From Epiperipatus broadwayi (lineage: Eukaryota > Animalia > Onychophora), in contig JAQFVV010000003.1 of the NCBI GenBank assembly GCA_028023455.1, forward strand, positions 25,482,001-25,546,000: a stretch of DNA of 64,000 bases, written 5' to 3'. A program made the position numbers and the translations under genes. The notes beneath the pieces were generated by a model. The model made no database searches. It saw only the letters and a list, made by a program, of their open reading frames with translations, and was not told where the DNA came from. Below are positions 10,757 to 23,341 of the stretch, one piece after another; the stretch's first letter is position 1, and each line of letters opens with the position of its first letter.

Positions 10757-12899
10757 ATTTAACTGCTACAAATAGACTTCTCAGGTGTAATGGATTAGAA
10801 AATTAAAATTTTTATTTTTGCTTTGACAATTTGGTAAAAAGAGACTGGGGTATTGAATATTATTATAAGCAATTGGAAACGGGATTGCTACAATATTTAC
10901 ATATACTAATACCATATTAAAACTTTATTAATCAAATTTAAATCTATTAAATTAGAATAAATTCTAATGACATGGAAACATTTCTTTTTTTTTTAATCTT
11001 TTAAAATATAATAAAAACAATGTTTAAATACTTTTCATATTCATGAGATGACTATTAAGTGAAGAATTTATATTTATTTAAAGAAGATGATTATCTTCCC
11101 ATCTCAGAAGTAATTATACATTTTATTGTTCTTGAAATGTTAAAACTGTCCTTTAAAAATTATTACAATTTGACTTACAAATGTGAAACTTTCGACACTT
11201 GCAACTTTGATACCAACTGCCTCAGATAAGTAGTTTAGTAATAACTACTAATCATTTATTAAACTAAAGTTTATCCCTAACCCAAATATAAAGTTGTGTG
11301 GGGAAGTGGAAATCATAAAAATATATCTGCTCAGATCATTAACAACCAAAGACAGAATAAGATAACTAAATGATTATTAGATACCATCTAATCATCATTG
11401 GTGGTAGTTTGCAATCCTTTAGCTTAATCTTGTTTTAGTCTCTCAATATTAGATCTACATCATAAATTTTGCAAGCTTTTTCATCCTTAAATATGCATAA
11501 TTATTTACAAGTCGCCTTAATTTATACTCACAAATAATGCATAAATAGTAATATTAGTATTACCAAAATGTTTCAGACAAACAATTAATTACAAAAATAA
11601 TAAACACATTTTTATTTTTTTAAAATATTGGTATACAATGTTGTTGTTGTGTAGTACTGAAAAGTTAAAATAGGATAAAGTATAAGACCATAGTTTTGAA
11701 GATCTATATTTTTTCATAAATTGTGCTAAAGTATTAAACTATCTTTCATAAATTTATAATAATCAAATAGACACACACACTATGATTTTCTATATATGTA
11801 TTAAAGTGGACATTTTCATGGGTCAAAGTTGTGAATTTTTATTTCAAATTTATCTATGTATAAATTTGCTTATTATTAATATTAATATGGTACTGATATT
11901 TTCTACAGCATCTGGGTAATAAAGATCATTCATGCATGTTATAACTTTCTTAAATAATACTAACATCTAGATGACAGCTGGATAATTTAGATGATTATCA
12001 GTATAATGTTAATATCATGTGGATACATCTGAAATATGTTTACACACAAATTTCGATCTATCATTCAGTGTAAAATCTTTCAGATCATTTTCTCTCACTA
12101 TATATACATTTTACATCAAATAGTCAGTTTGAATTTTCTGTTATTACACATTAATTATTAGTATTAATTACAACTAATTTAATTTTGGAATTTGAATATT
12201 TTAGCAAACAATCTTATGCACATTTTATTCAATTTCATATTATAATTGATAGGTTAATAACCATATTTTAACACCAAACAACAGAAATGTTTTTAATGTG
12301 AATCTTAATTATTTCTACTGGATAATGAAATATTGTATATGTATATGTAGACTTCTAATCACTAAAATTTATTAGAATTCTAAAATCAAATTAGTTATAC
12401 TTAAAACATAAAAATTAGGAAAACTTAATATTTCTGTATTGATGTTCAGATCTTTTAAATTTCTAGATCACCCAATGTATTGAAGCTTCTGGCAAAATAT
12501 ATCTATGATGAGATAGTTAGGTCTGGATGATTTAATCATTCAAGAATTATAACAAGTATTGGATGAATGGATCACAAATTTAAAAGGTTTGATTCATTAT
12601 AAAAACTTTTCAGATACATTGGTCAATCTAGGATATATATGATTACTACTGTATTGTAAAAAATAGTTTAAAACTTAGCATTACTTATCAGAATGTGTGA
12701 ATCTTCAAATCTATGGTTCTAAATTCATAACTCATTTTAATTTTTCAGTAGTTGATTCTAATAAAAGTGGTTTGATTTTTTATCATACTAACAAGAAAAA
12801 ATTATATATATATGAAAGAACAAAAATAGAGGTTTATATCAACTTACTAAATGCAATGTAAGTAAATGCTAATCATACTAGGATAATTTTTTAAAAAAA

Positions 12900-13710
12900 C
12901 TTTCTTCCTAAATGAAAGTAACATTTTACTTCCAACACATATGAAATAGTTTGTATATGAAAAAATTAAGAAATTTCCATAACAAATTCATTAACTCACT
13001 TGAAACTAAAGGTGAGTTGGAATACTACTATTACCAAATTGTTTGTAAAATTTAGAAAAGATTAACTCTGAATCAAGAGTTCCATTTTATTAAAGCTTCA
13101 TTTCATATGGCAACTTTAAAAAAAGGATTATCAGATACATCAAATATAAAATGTGTATTTGCCAAATTTTGCCACTATTTTTCCTGAGTAAGTCCCTTGA
13201 AGAGATCAAAAACTTAAATTTCTTACTATGATGATATTAAAAACTTTTATGAATAAAAATGAGAGTATTTTACATTATATTCTAAGAATACAAAGAGATG
13301 TACAAATATGCTAAAGAATCTTTTTTTTTTTTCACAGATAAAAGTTTAGGACAATTATTATCAGTCATAATGATGAAAAGTTCCAATTGGTGGAAATAAA
13401 ATCAGGCTTCAATGACTATTTTGTTCATTATCGCAAAATGTTTGGGGTTTGGATTAATCTGAATTTGAATGTGGTAATTGAAAAAAACTTGGGTTGAAGT
13501 GGTTCCAAAAAATAATTAATACAAAAATTAATGTCTTGGGTACTGAAAATATTTAAAATTCTAACAACATTCAAATTTTTTGATTACTTTATCATTTTAA
13601 CTTAGTATAAAAGACACTCCTATCAAAATATCCAAATAAAGCTCCTCGTAAAAAATCATTGTAAAACATTGTGAGTTGTCAAAAGTATGATGAATAGGAA
13701 ACTGATATTA
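12900..13710 (+). mobile_element. Highly decayed piggyBac-like transposase remnant
   Basis: Scattered peptides resemble piggyBac motifs: ESRVPF (DESMVP), IIRYIKYKM (PIRFGYK), HYRKMFGVLD (YNxxMGGVD), KWFQKII, and a C-terminal KHCEL. No TIR found. Confidence 0.45.
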
Positions 13711-13864
13711 AAAATCAACTATAGATAGGATTGATTTAAAGTAGATCCTTGACATTATAGGAAGCTGATAGCCTATGAAATACATGGCATATATTAATGG
13801 CATTCAACTATTTTTATAATGGGAGCTACTTTTTGATATTAAATTATTCAGATCTATTCTCTTA

Positions 13865-13965
13865 TTTGGTGATCTACTTTCTTATATATATCACAGTTAA
13901 ACATATTCACTTACTTTGGTGATCTACTTTCTTATATAGATCACAGTTAAACATATTCACTTACT
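13865..13965. repeat. 50-bp tandem duplication
   Basis: tttggtgatctactttcttatata-atcacagttaaacatattcacttac occurs twice. Confidence 0.9.
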
Positions 13966-14339
13966 TCAGAGGACCCACTCTCCCAGCCCTAAAAGCTTTA
14001 AAAGACTAAAAACTTTATTTGTATATTTCAAATTTTATTTGTCACTTTTACTTATTTTAATACAATAAATAAAACAAATATATTGAAATAAAATATTTAT
14101 TTTTCTATTTTGGAAAAAGCAAAGTTGGAAAAAACAACAAATTTAATACAAACTCACAAATTACAAGAAATGCTGGTTGATAAAAAAAAAAAAGTTAATG
14201 TTAAATTTGGCATTCTTTGGTTGATATAAAGAAGTGACCAATTGCAGACAATCCTTCAAATGATAATTTGTAATTTGGTTTCTTAATTTATTGTTAATAT
14301 ATGTAAGAAAGTAATGGATGTAAAAGTGAACAGAGTAAC

Positions 14340-16902
14340 ATCTTCACTCCCTCAAACCAAGATGCTTCAGATAGTCCTATATAAATCAGAATTTAGGTTA
14401 AAGAAAAGATAGCTGCTCTTATCTTTATTAAGTCTTTATCTTTTGTTTGGTTCTGAGTTTATATTCAACATGTCTGCATTCAGTTATTATAAAATCAGTA
14501 AAGTGCATATGTTAAAAAAGGTGAAATCCTTTTTCTTCAATTTCATACGATTTATGCACTTAATAAATAAATCTGAACATGAGATTCATATTTGAAAAAA
14601 TGGAATCTGAAAAGAATGTTGATTCAAAACATGACAGAATTTTTAGTGCAATATCAGTTAATATTAGAAATTTTTCATGTGTACATTTCAAAATGATTTC
14701 ATTATTTATTGATTTTAAATGTAAACTATTCTGAATGTTTATTATTTAAAGTTCTTATTCAGCTTGGTTTATATCAATCAGTCCACTAATTTTATTCAAA
14801 ATTTCTGTGATAATCCAAGTTTTCTTGAAATGGATTATTGGCAAAATACAAAATTATTTCATTTTATTAAAATCTTTAAATCTTGAATTTATTTCTTCCT
14901 CAACTAATTCTATTCATGAATAATTTTTTTAAAATCACAGCAAAGCATTTCTTGATTTTGTTAAATTTTTTTTAGTAAACATGGGAGATATTAAATTCAT
15001 AGTTATTAATATTTTTCTTTAATAAGAGTAAGTATTGTTGGAAATGTTTTTATTGAACTTAACATGTCTATTAAGTTTTTATCCCTACTTTATAAAATTA
15101 AATTTAAATTGCCTAATTTCATAATTTACTAAAAATGGTAAAGGTAACAACCATCTTTTAGGGCTTAATTGTGGATAAATATCTCCTTTTTTATCAAGAC
15201 ATTTTTTATATCAGTAATTAATACAAAAAATCTTTCTAAGAATTTACTTTTTTTACAACATAAATTCCCTATCACCATTTGCCTATAATTTAAATAACCA
15301 CCACTGCGGAGCTTTTCTTCTGAACAGAATTTACAATTTTAAATGTAATATCCAAAATATCTTTTGTGTTTAATCTTTTACTACATAGTACTTTGTTAAT
15401 TTTTAAGCTCTCTATATAATACTTTGTTAATGGATAACATAGTGGCACATTAAAAAATCTGAATATTTATTACTGTTTTTAGTAATGTAATGAAGACTGA
15501 TTTATTACTTATTATTACAGGAACATCATCAGTAGTAATATACACAAGTTTAAAAAGATTTGTATTGTATCACAAACTCATCAAATACCAAAAAATTTCT
15601 TCTCCCCTAATTTATTCCAATAATGGTATAATTTTCAAAAGCTCTTTTTTATTTAATTTTTTTTTTAAATATGTGAATAAATATCATTAAATGAGCAGTA
15701 GAACGAAGTAGTTTGGTTCATCAAATTGGAATAAAAATGCAACACTAAAAATATCACTTAAAAATGCAACACTTTGATAAATGTCTGACTTTAACAGAGT
15801 ATTCAGATCTGCACATGAAGTTTTAACTCTGCTCATAACTATTTTGTCTGGAAAATTGTAAATCATTAATGTTCTAAATGATTTCATTTTTATATAAATA
15901 CAATTTATCCACTACCTTGAACACTTTTTAGCAAAAACCTTTTATTGACCTACATTCATGCACATTCTTACATTTTGACTGTCTGGTAGTCTTCTGCAGA
16001 GCCAATTTAATTTTTTTTTTTTTAAAGTAACAAAAAAAAAAGTTTTTTTCTTTACTTTTAAAAAGTTAAAATTAAAGTGGCTCTGAAGAAGACTGCAGGA
16101 CAGTCTAAACATAAGATTGTGCATGAATATAAGTCAATAAAAGGTTTTTGCTAAAAAGTGTTCAAAGTAGTGGATAAATTGTATTTATATAAGATATTAC
16201 AGCAAAATAAAGAAAAGGTTGAATTTGGTAATATTTCTGATTTCATTTTTATTTTTACATCAGAAAACAAAGATTCTGCTGCTGCTGCAAGAAGTAGTTC
16301 CTTTATTAATTCTCCATTTGTAAACGTTTTTTTTGCTTTTGCTAATAAATGACACACTTTCAAAGATGGCTAATATTAGTTTATTTATTACTTTTCAAAT
16401 CATATTTTGTTGACCAGAAAGTCCGCCTTTAAATTTATAATTTTTGATTTATGTACTTCGGAATTTGGGGGGAAATTTTTATCATATTTTGCATGTAGCA
16501 AAATGTCTCTCAATTTTTTTTTTTTTTTTGGAATTGCTACAGATGAATTACAAATCAAACAACAACACTTTCTATTTACCATTGTAAAGAAATAATCCTT
16601 TTCCCATTCCTTGTGAAAATGATACATCTTTAACTTCTTTGATCCACTCATGATCAGCCTCAAATTAAAAAAAAACAAAACAACTTTTAAATATTTTATT
16701 AAAATAAAAAATGTTTATAACTTATTAATTAGTGATCAAAATAATGGTAAATTCAACAATAAATTTAGAGCAAGTGAAATTCTACTAATGGGTAGTGGGA
16801 AATGTGTGATGTAGTTGTGAGTAAACACGATTATAAACAAAATGCAAACGATATTCTTTGCTTATAATCATATTCTCATGGCTCACTATTTGATTTCCAC
16901 TG
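14340..16902 (-). mobile_element. Decayed hAT transposase element (Buster/Charlie clade, GTF2IRD2/EPM2AIP1-like)
   Basis: Minus-strand peptides FHKEWEKDYFFTMVNRKCCCLIC (BED-like), LAKAKKTFTNGELIKE, TTDDVP (TTDGAP), VAFLSDIF, EEINSRFKDF and LKILSCFESTF (dimerisation domain). Putative 5' TIR cagtgg at 16897-16902. Confidence 0.8.
15889..16192. mobile_element. Palindromic mini-element with hammerhead-like motifs, inserted in the hAT transposase
   Basis: Near-complete palindrome centred near 16041. The right arm reads gct-ctgaaga-a-gact-gcaggac-agtc-taaac-ata-aga...caataaa. tttatataa at 15889-15897 and 16184-16192. Confidence 0.7.
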
Positions 16903-17999
16903 ATCCAAATTAATTCATTTACCCAGACTTATAAAAAAAAAAAATAACAATAGCAATATACTTAAAGAGAATTAAAAAATAATACAAAATAATAATAAAT
17001 TATTATGTTTTCAGTAAGGAGGAATAAGCAAAAAATCGATCAAAAATCAGTCTGCCATCAACCTGTTGATCACGATTGATGGATGAATACCACTGGTATA
17101 TGAAATGCATAGAAGAAGCAAATTAAAAAGATACTTAAAATAATATTTCTTAATGAAGTCATTGAGTGACAGTGATTCTTGATAGGTTTAATCGTTGGCA
17201 ATAAATTGAAAAAATCTGGATTAAATAGCTTTATACATTCAATTGTATATTGTCTGGTATAGGCTGTGGGTAAAGAATATTTCAATCTTGTTGTTAACAA
17301 CTAAGGATTAAGCTAATACTTCATTTTGATCTTAGAAACAAATACCATTATTTTCAAAATGTAAAAAGAATGATTAAAAAGCATGAAGAAACTTTTTTTA
17401 TCCCCATCATTAATTTCCAAAGAAAACATTATTATTATTATTAAATGAATAAAACTGTATAATATGTTAAGGATTTTTTTAGTTTTACATATTGGTCTGA
17501 AGTCATAGTGGCAAATGCTTTCATTTGCCACACCTACAATATGGTATTTTGAGTTCTGTCCAGGTGTTGGAGGAATTTTTCTGATCAAAACCAAGCTTAC
17601 CATTTACTTCTGTTTTTGAAAGAATAATTTGCTTAGGTAGTTATTTAATAGTAATTAATTAATAAGTAAATATCTAGCTACTATGAGCTAGATCAGTGGA
17701 CTTCAACCTTTTCACCCCTGCGGCCCGGTAAAAATAAGGATAAGATTTCGCAGACCGGCAGAAGTTTACAGATAAATTTTCTTAAAGATGTAACCTGCTT
17801 AGCCTTAGATAAGCATAATTGTTATAACTGACCAAAACAGCATACTAGTTATTGTGTATTGTAATGGTGTTGCTTACCTTCACATGTTGAACACTCTTTC
17901 TCGAGTTGCGCAGTCATACTGCTACAGAAAACAATTACAATAACAATCGTTCTCATTAATGTGCTTGCATTTTATGTTTATTATTTCATTATTAAAACA

Positions 18000-18545
<546 letters not shown>

Positions 18546-19877
18546 TTTATATAAAATTACTCTTCAGAGTTAATCTTTGATTGAATATACTTCCAAATAA
18601 CAATAACTAAATATTAAAGATAATACGTCTTTTAATATATGCTAGAAAAATTATCTTCAAACTGATTCAAGCTTAATATAGCATTATTATTGATAAACTC
18701 AAATTAATTTGAAAAAAAAAAGCCACTTTCTGCATTAAAAATAGTATGAAAGACTCTTCAAGATCATGGCGAAGTGGAGCGATCACATAGATCATGAATT
18801 GACTATATCTTTTAAGTAGAATGAGGCTAGATTTTCTAATGGAAATCTGTAGATAGATAAAACTATAATTAAATATTCAATCACAAAAGAAGTTTTCAGC
18901 AATGTTCTTAAAAATGGGGGAAGTAAAAGACACCAGTTATTGAACTTTCCAATTAACCAGGTAATAAAGATTTAAGAAATTTACTATTCTTGTTACATCC
19001 TCTAACTAAAAATCCCTAAATACTCATTTGCTGACCAATATTGAATGATTAATTGTGATGGTTACAGGTCGGATACCTGAAATAAAGTCCTAATCCTGTG
19101 ATGTATATAAACACAGGAATCAAGAAGAGCAGGAACTTGGTCTACTTTGCTATAAAAGATATAGATTTTTCTAATGTAAAAAAAAAAAAAAAACTGCAAT
19201 AAAAATAACATGACCACTGCTTACATTTTCTGTTACAAATGATTCTCTTCCCTATAATGTAGAGCAAACCATTAAGTCCAAGATCCTCATTGGTGAAAAT
19301 TATAACCAGAAACAAATCTGGACATATAAATAGAATAGCAGTGATTGTGGATTCAATAACATAACTGTTCGGTTTCTATTGGTCTCTCTAGCTTCCAATA
19401 GCTGATTCTTAAATTAACTAAACAATTTTGATTCTTTACAATGATCTACTTCAGTATTTTATAAATATTAAAATAAATTTATTATATAAAAATACTTGGT
19501 TACTTTTAGTCTATTAATTTTATAATAATTTATCACTTAAAAAATGGATTAATCAAAAATAAAATTGATGTCATATGATTCAGAGTGGAAATGGAATTTA
19601 TGAATGCAAGATAGCAGTGTGGACAAGAATACTAAAATTTTTCTATTATATTCATTTTCTGAATCTCTTATAAGAGGTTTTAATAGCATAAAAAGACTAG
19701 AATTTTTAAAATTTATCATCAGTCTTGGCAGATTACTTAATGATGGAGTCACTTAATATATTTTAAGAATAACTTCATTCTATCATATTACAGTTCAGAG
19801 TAATATCAATATTAAACTTAAGATTATGTACAGTGTTGTCATATTGTTGGGATTTAATAACAAGAAAAAGTAAAGTA

Positions 19878-22666
19878 AATAGGTGGAGCTGCTTCTAGAA
19901 AGAAAATCACTTGCTTCACAGCTCTCTTGAAAAGACTTTAAAAAGTCAGTTTTCCTGCTATCAGAGGTATTGCCTATGTGTATTTGTCCCTTTAAAGAAC
20001 ATTATTTGCTGTTTGTGTGCCTTTTCATTCACAATTATCAGTTTTTAGTGTATTTCATCATTATTTCACTGCATCTACTATCTGATTATCTACAATAGAT
20101 TACCATATTCTTCCCCCTGTTTGATGGGTAGGTTCACTGTTCTATGTACCATAGAGGGTTTTATTTCCTCCTAGACCCTTGACTTCATTTCCTCTCCAGT
20201 TCTCTTATCACTCAAAACTTTTTTTACCAAATTTTTTTATGTATTGTTCCAATTATTTAGGTCATTAAAAACGATCTTCTTTTCTCACCCCCCCCCCTCT
20301 GGGGTAGCAAACTGCCTTAATTTCTAATCAATTTTTGTATTAACCAACTATAATTAACATTAGCAATCTCTCCAGTGTGAAATTACTTCATTTTTTTAAA
20401 ATCAAATTCTTTAGATTTCACTTCAATATTTTTTCTTTATATAATCTGTAACTCTTCCAAACAGTTTAAAGATGGCCACCGCCCCTAGCGGCAAAAATGT
20501 GCAAAAACATAATTCACAAAAACAAAAATCTTCAAAACTTCCAAAAATGTTAACTAAATTAAACTCCAAAGAAACTTTCAGCACAGAATCTATTTCAGGA
20601 TCTCCATCCCCAGACCCTCTGGATTTTCCTCCCCTACAGGGTGAGGCTTGCCCCATCAAAGGCAAGAAGCAATTCCAAAAAAGTAATCTCACCAATCAAA
20701 AGGTTGCTCCAAGCAAAACTGGGAACATTAAAAACTCCTCCACTATAAAGGGTAAAAAACAGCCTGCTACACCTAAGTTTAATACAGAAACCTCAGCCAA
20801 CTCTGATTTCTCTAAAAATTTAACACACAATAACTACTCCAAAGATGATGCTACTCATAATTCCCCATCTCAATCTACGAGCGCAACCAAGTCTGCCAAT
20901 ACTACTCCCACTATTATCAGTCACACTATAGAGCAATCCCTTATTAAAAATCCATCACCACAGCAAGTCTTTGCTAACTCCTATGCTCAGGCTGCATCCA
21001 GCATCTTACCAAAAAGTCCTAATAGAACCACAACACAAACACCCCAAGCGGAGCTCCTTCAAAATCTGTGGGGCCTTGATGAGGACAATCCGAACAATCA
21101 TGATTCAGCCACCTCTGAAACCTTCATTCCTACTAAACAACTCACACCAGAGAATCACACAGTGATCTCAGAACAATTTAACCAAACAGTTCCACCGCCC
21201 CTCCTCAAGTCACTTCGTTGCTACCAGAGTGACAGCTCTGTCATTCTGGCGGTTACAGATCTACAATGTGGACTCCATAAATTTCCAACACAGCAGCTCT
21301 ATGACCTTATCAAACTCCACAAGCTAACTGATTATATACATAAAATCCTCACCCTTCCTAATGACCGATACATGGCATTAGAGTTTCACAACACAATACA
21401 AAGACAAGCCTTCAAAAACAGATTCAAATTTTTAAACAATATGTTCATGGTTCCAATAGACACCAATAGACCATCCATACTTAAGGGGTTTATCAAAAAC
21501 TGCCACATAGGTATGCAGAGGCAGCACCTACAGAAATATCTCGAGGCATTCGGACAAGTTACCTCATTTGAGTACCTTAGGGATCCTCTCACCAATGGTC
21601 TCACCTTCACCAACACAGCCTTATTTCAATTCATCCTTAAAAAAGGTCTTTCTCCTGAAAGCATTCCCACAACAATAGCAGCTGAACTAGCACCTTTGGT
21701 CATTTCAATTAAGGGGATGAGGCCACAATGTTTCACCTGCAAAGACCGCAACCACCTTAATCGGGACTGCCCTCAAAAAAATAAATGCAACTCTTGCCAG
21801 AAAGAAAAGGGCCTAAACCACATCTGTGCTCCGCACAGCCCCAATAAATATGAACATCCTCCTTCAGCTAACCTCTCACCTCCACCTCACTTCAATTCAA
21901 TCTTTCAGCATTCGGCCACCCTCTCACCTTTCAGTAAGATTCCAGCTTCCCCTAGGCCACATAATTTTGGTCTCACTCACAGCCCACCACTCTCAGTTAC
22001 AGCTTGCTCACAGGACCCTCTTTCCTTAATGGACATGAACACTTATTCAAACTCAGAAATCATCCTGTCTGAGTCTACCAACTCTGGCCCTTCCGCCACT
22101 AACAAGAAACATCAGAAGCGTGCATGCCCTAACCCATCAGATAGTGACACCAACTCTGACAGGCAGATTTCCATCCTTGATCTTCCCGGTAAAATCATAA
22201 TGGATCCTTTTCCTGAACCAAGGGCAAGTCTCAGACATTCAGAACACACAAGGAAAAAAAGAATTCTTTCAGCAAAAAATTCTCTGGCTTCAACCCGGGC
22301 CTCGTCACCCTCCTCCCTTCGCACTCTCTCACCTTCCTCTGCTGAATTTTTCTCAGACAGTGGTTCATCAAGTAACATCAAGAATGAATCATTGTGCAAT
22401 TCTGGCAGGAGAAGCAAGAACTGTACTCCTCATATCTCTCCCAACCCAGCTCATCCTCGCTCACCATAAAATTTCCGTATTCCTACTTTTTTCTAAGATG
22501 TGCTTTTCTAACCAGCCTGAACTACACACCATTTCCCCTGTCCACTTCCCATTCCCTTTTTACATGTATCCTTCCCCTCTTACCATTTTGTTCCTGAAAT
22601 TTCATTTGTTTCATTGTATCTGTTTTTTTTTTTTTTTGATGAATAAATATCTCATCACTGAGAAAA
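19878..22666 (+). mobile_element. ORF1-only non-LTR retroelement (half-LINE-like), L1/Tx1-type ORF1
   Basis: 16-bp TSD aagaaaaagtaaagta at 19862-19877 and 22667-22682. About 594-nt 5' leader, one intact ORF, about 200-nt pyrimidine-rich 3' UTR, AATAAA at 22642-22647, then an A-run. No ORF2 sequence inside. Confidence 0.8.
20472..22469 (+). CDS. LINE ORF1/Gag-like nucleic-acid-binding protein (665 aa)
   Basis: Intact ORF with disordered K/S/P-rich termini, a SYAQAA motif, two predicted RRM-like segments (e.g. LQKYLEAFGQV...IPTTI...ISIKGMRPQ), a CCHC knuckle CFTCKDRNHLNRDC at 21729-21770, and a second Cys cluster CNSC...HIC. Confidence 0.85.
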   Translation: MATAPSGKNVQKHNSQKQKSSKLPKMLTKLNSKETFSTESISGSPSPDPLDFPPLQGEACPIKGKKQFQKSNLTNQKVAPSKTGNIKNSSTIKGKKQPATPKFNTETSANSDFSKNLTHNNYSKDDATHNSPSQSTSATKSANTTPTIISHTIEQSLIKNPSPQQVFANSYAQAASSILPKSPNRTTTQTPQAELLQNLWGLDEDNPNNHDSATSETFIPTKQLTPENHTVISEQFNQTVPPPLLKSLRCYQSDSSVILAVTDLQCGLHKFPTQQLYDLIKLHKLTDYIHKILTLPNDRYMALEFHNTIQRQAFKNRFKFLNNMFMVPIDTNRPSILKGFIKNCHIGMQRQHLQKYLEAFGQVTSFEYLRDPLTNGLTFTNTALFQFILKKGLSPESIPTTIAAELAPLVISIKGMRPQCFTCKDRNHLNRDCPQKNKCNSCQKEKGLNHICAPHSPNKYEHPPSANLSPPPHFNSIFQHSATLSPFSKIPASPRPHNFGLTHSPPLSVTACSQDPLSLMDMNTYSNSEIILSESTNSGPSATNKKHQKRACPNPSDSDTNSDRQISILDLPGKIIMDPFPEPRASLRHSEHTRKKRILSAKNSLASTRASSPSSLRTLSPSSAEFFSDSGSSSNIKNESLCNSGRRSKNCTPHISPNPAHPRSP

Positions 22667-22955
22667 AAGAAAAAGTAAAGTATGGGCTCAGTGTCCATAA
22701 GAGTTTATCACCTTGATGACCAATTGTGAAGGTTGCATTATATGTCTATGCAGTAGATTGAGAACCATTCAAATATATCTAATGATAATAATATCCTAAA
22801 TTAGAAATTATTAAATCTCAATTGTTTAAAGAATAAATTAAAATATAACTAATAAGATTTAGAAAGGTTGGGTTACCTTTAATTAATTTATAATGTAATT
22901 AAGAAAAAGACCACCAATGTGTGTTATTTTGTATATATATATAAATAAAGTATAT

Positions 22956-23053
22956 ATATACATTTCATATGTCAAAGCATTGACTGGGAAGCGAACCAGG
23001 GCCAGCTGCTTGGAAGGCAGCTATGCTAATCACTAGGCCATCAACACTTGACG
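22956..23053 (-). mobile_element. tRNA-Gly(TCC)-derived SINE, same family as 9373
   Basis: The minus strand reads gtcaa-gtgttgatggcctagtgattagcatagctgccttccaagcagctggccctggttcgcttcccagtcaatgc-tttgacatatg. TSD aataaagtatat at 22944-22955 and 23054-23065. Confidence 0.85.
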
Positions 23054-23341
23054 AATAAAGTATATTTGTCTATTTTTGGCAGTTTGTCATCATTATTTGC
23101 AATCAATAACTTAAGTAAAATAGTTAAGAGTTTTGTGTTTCTCCCTGACCTTAACAGGCTGTAAAAGAAAAAAATTATCAGTCTGTGATGTCAGAATATG
23201 GAATGCACATATGGATTGTCTTCGGATGATTTCATGTGGACTGCACAATTCTGTCAGTTACAGTATACAGTATATCACATTTGCATATGCAATGCATAAG
23301 TAGATACATATGCTTAAATAAGTACATTGTATACTATAATG

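Noticed and set aside
17000-17610. Possible L2/Crack LINE 3' remnant (KLFN...LLP.IK)
   Set aside because: A single weak motif only.
20423-22716. Overlapping antisense and alternative-frame ORFs around the 665-aa ORF
   Set aside because: Expected by-products of a GC-richer coding region; no motifs.
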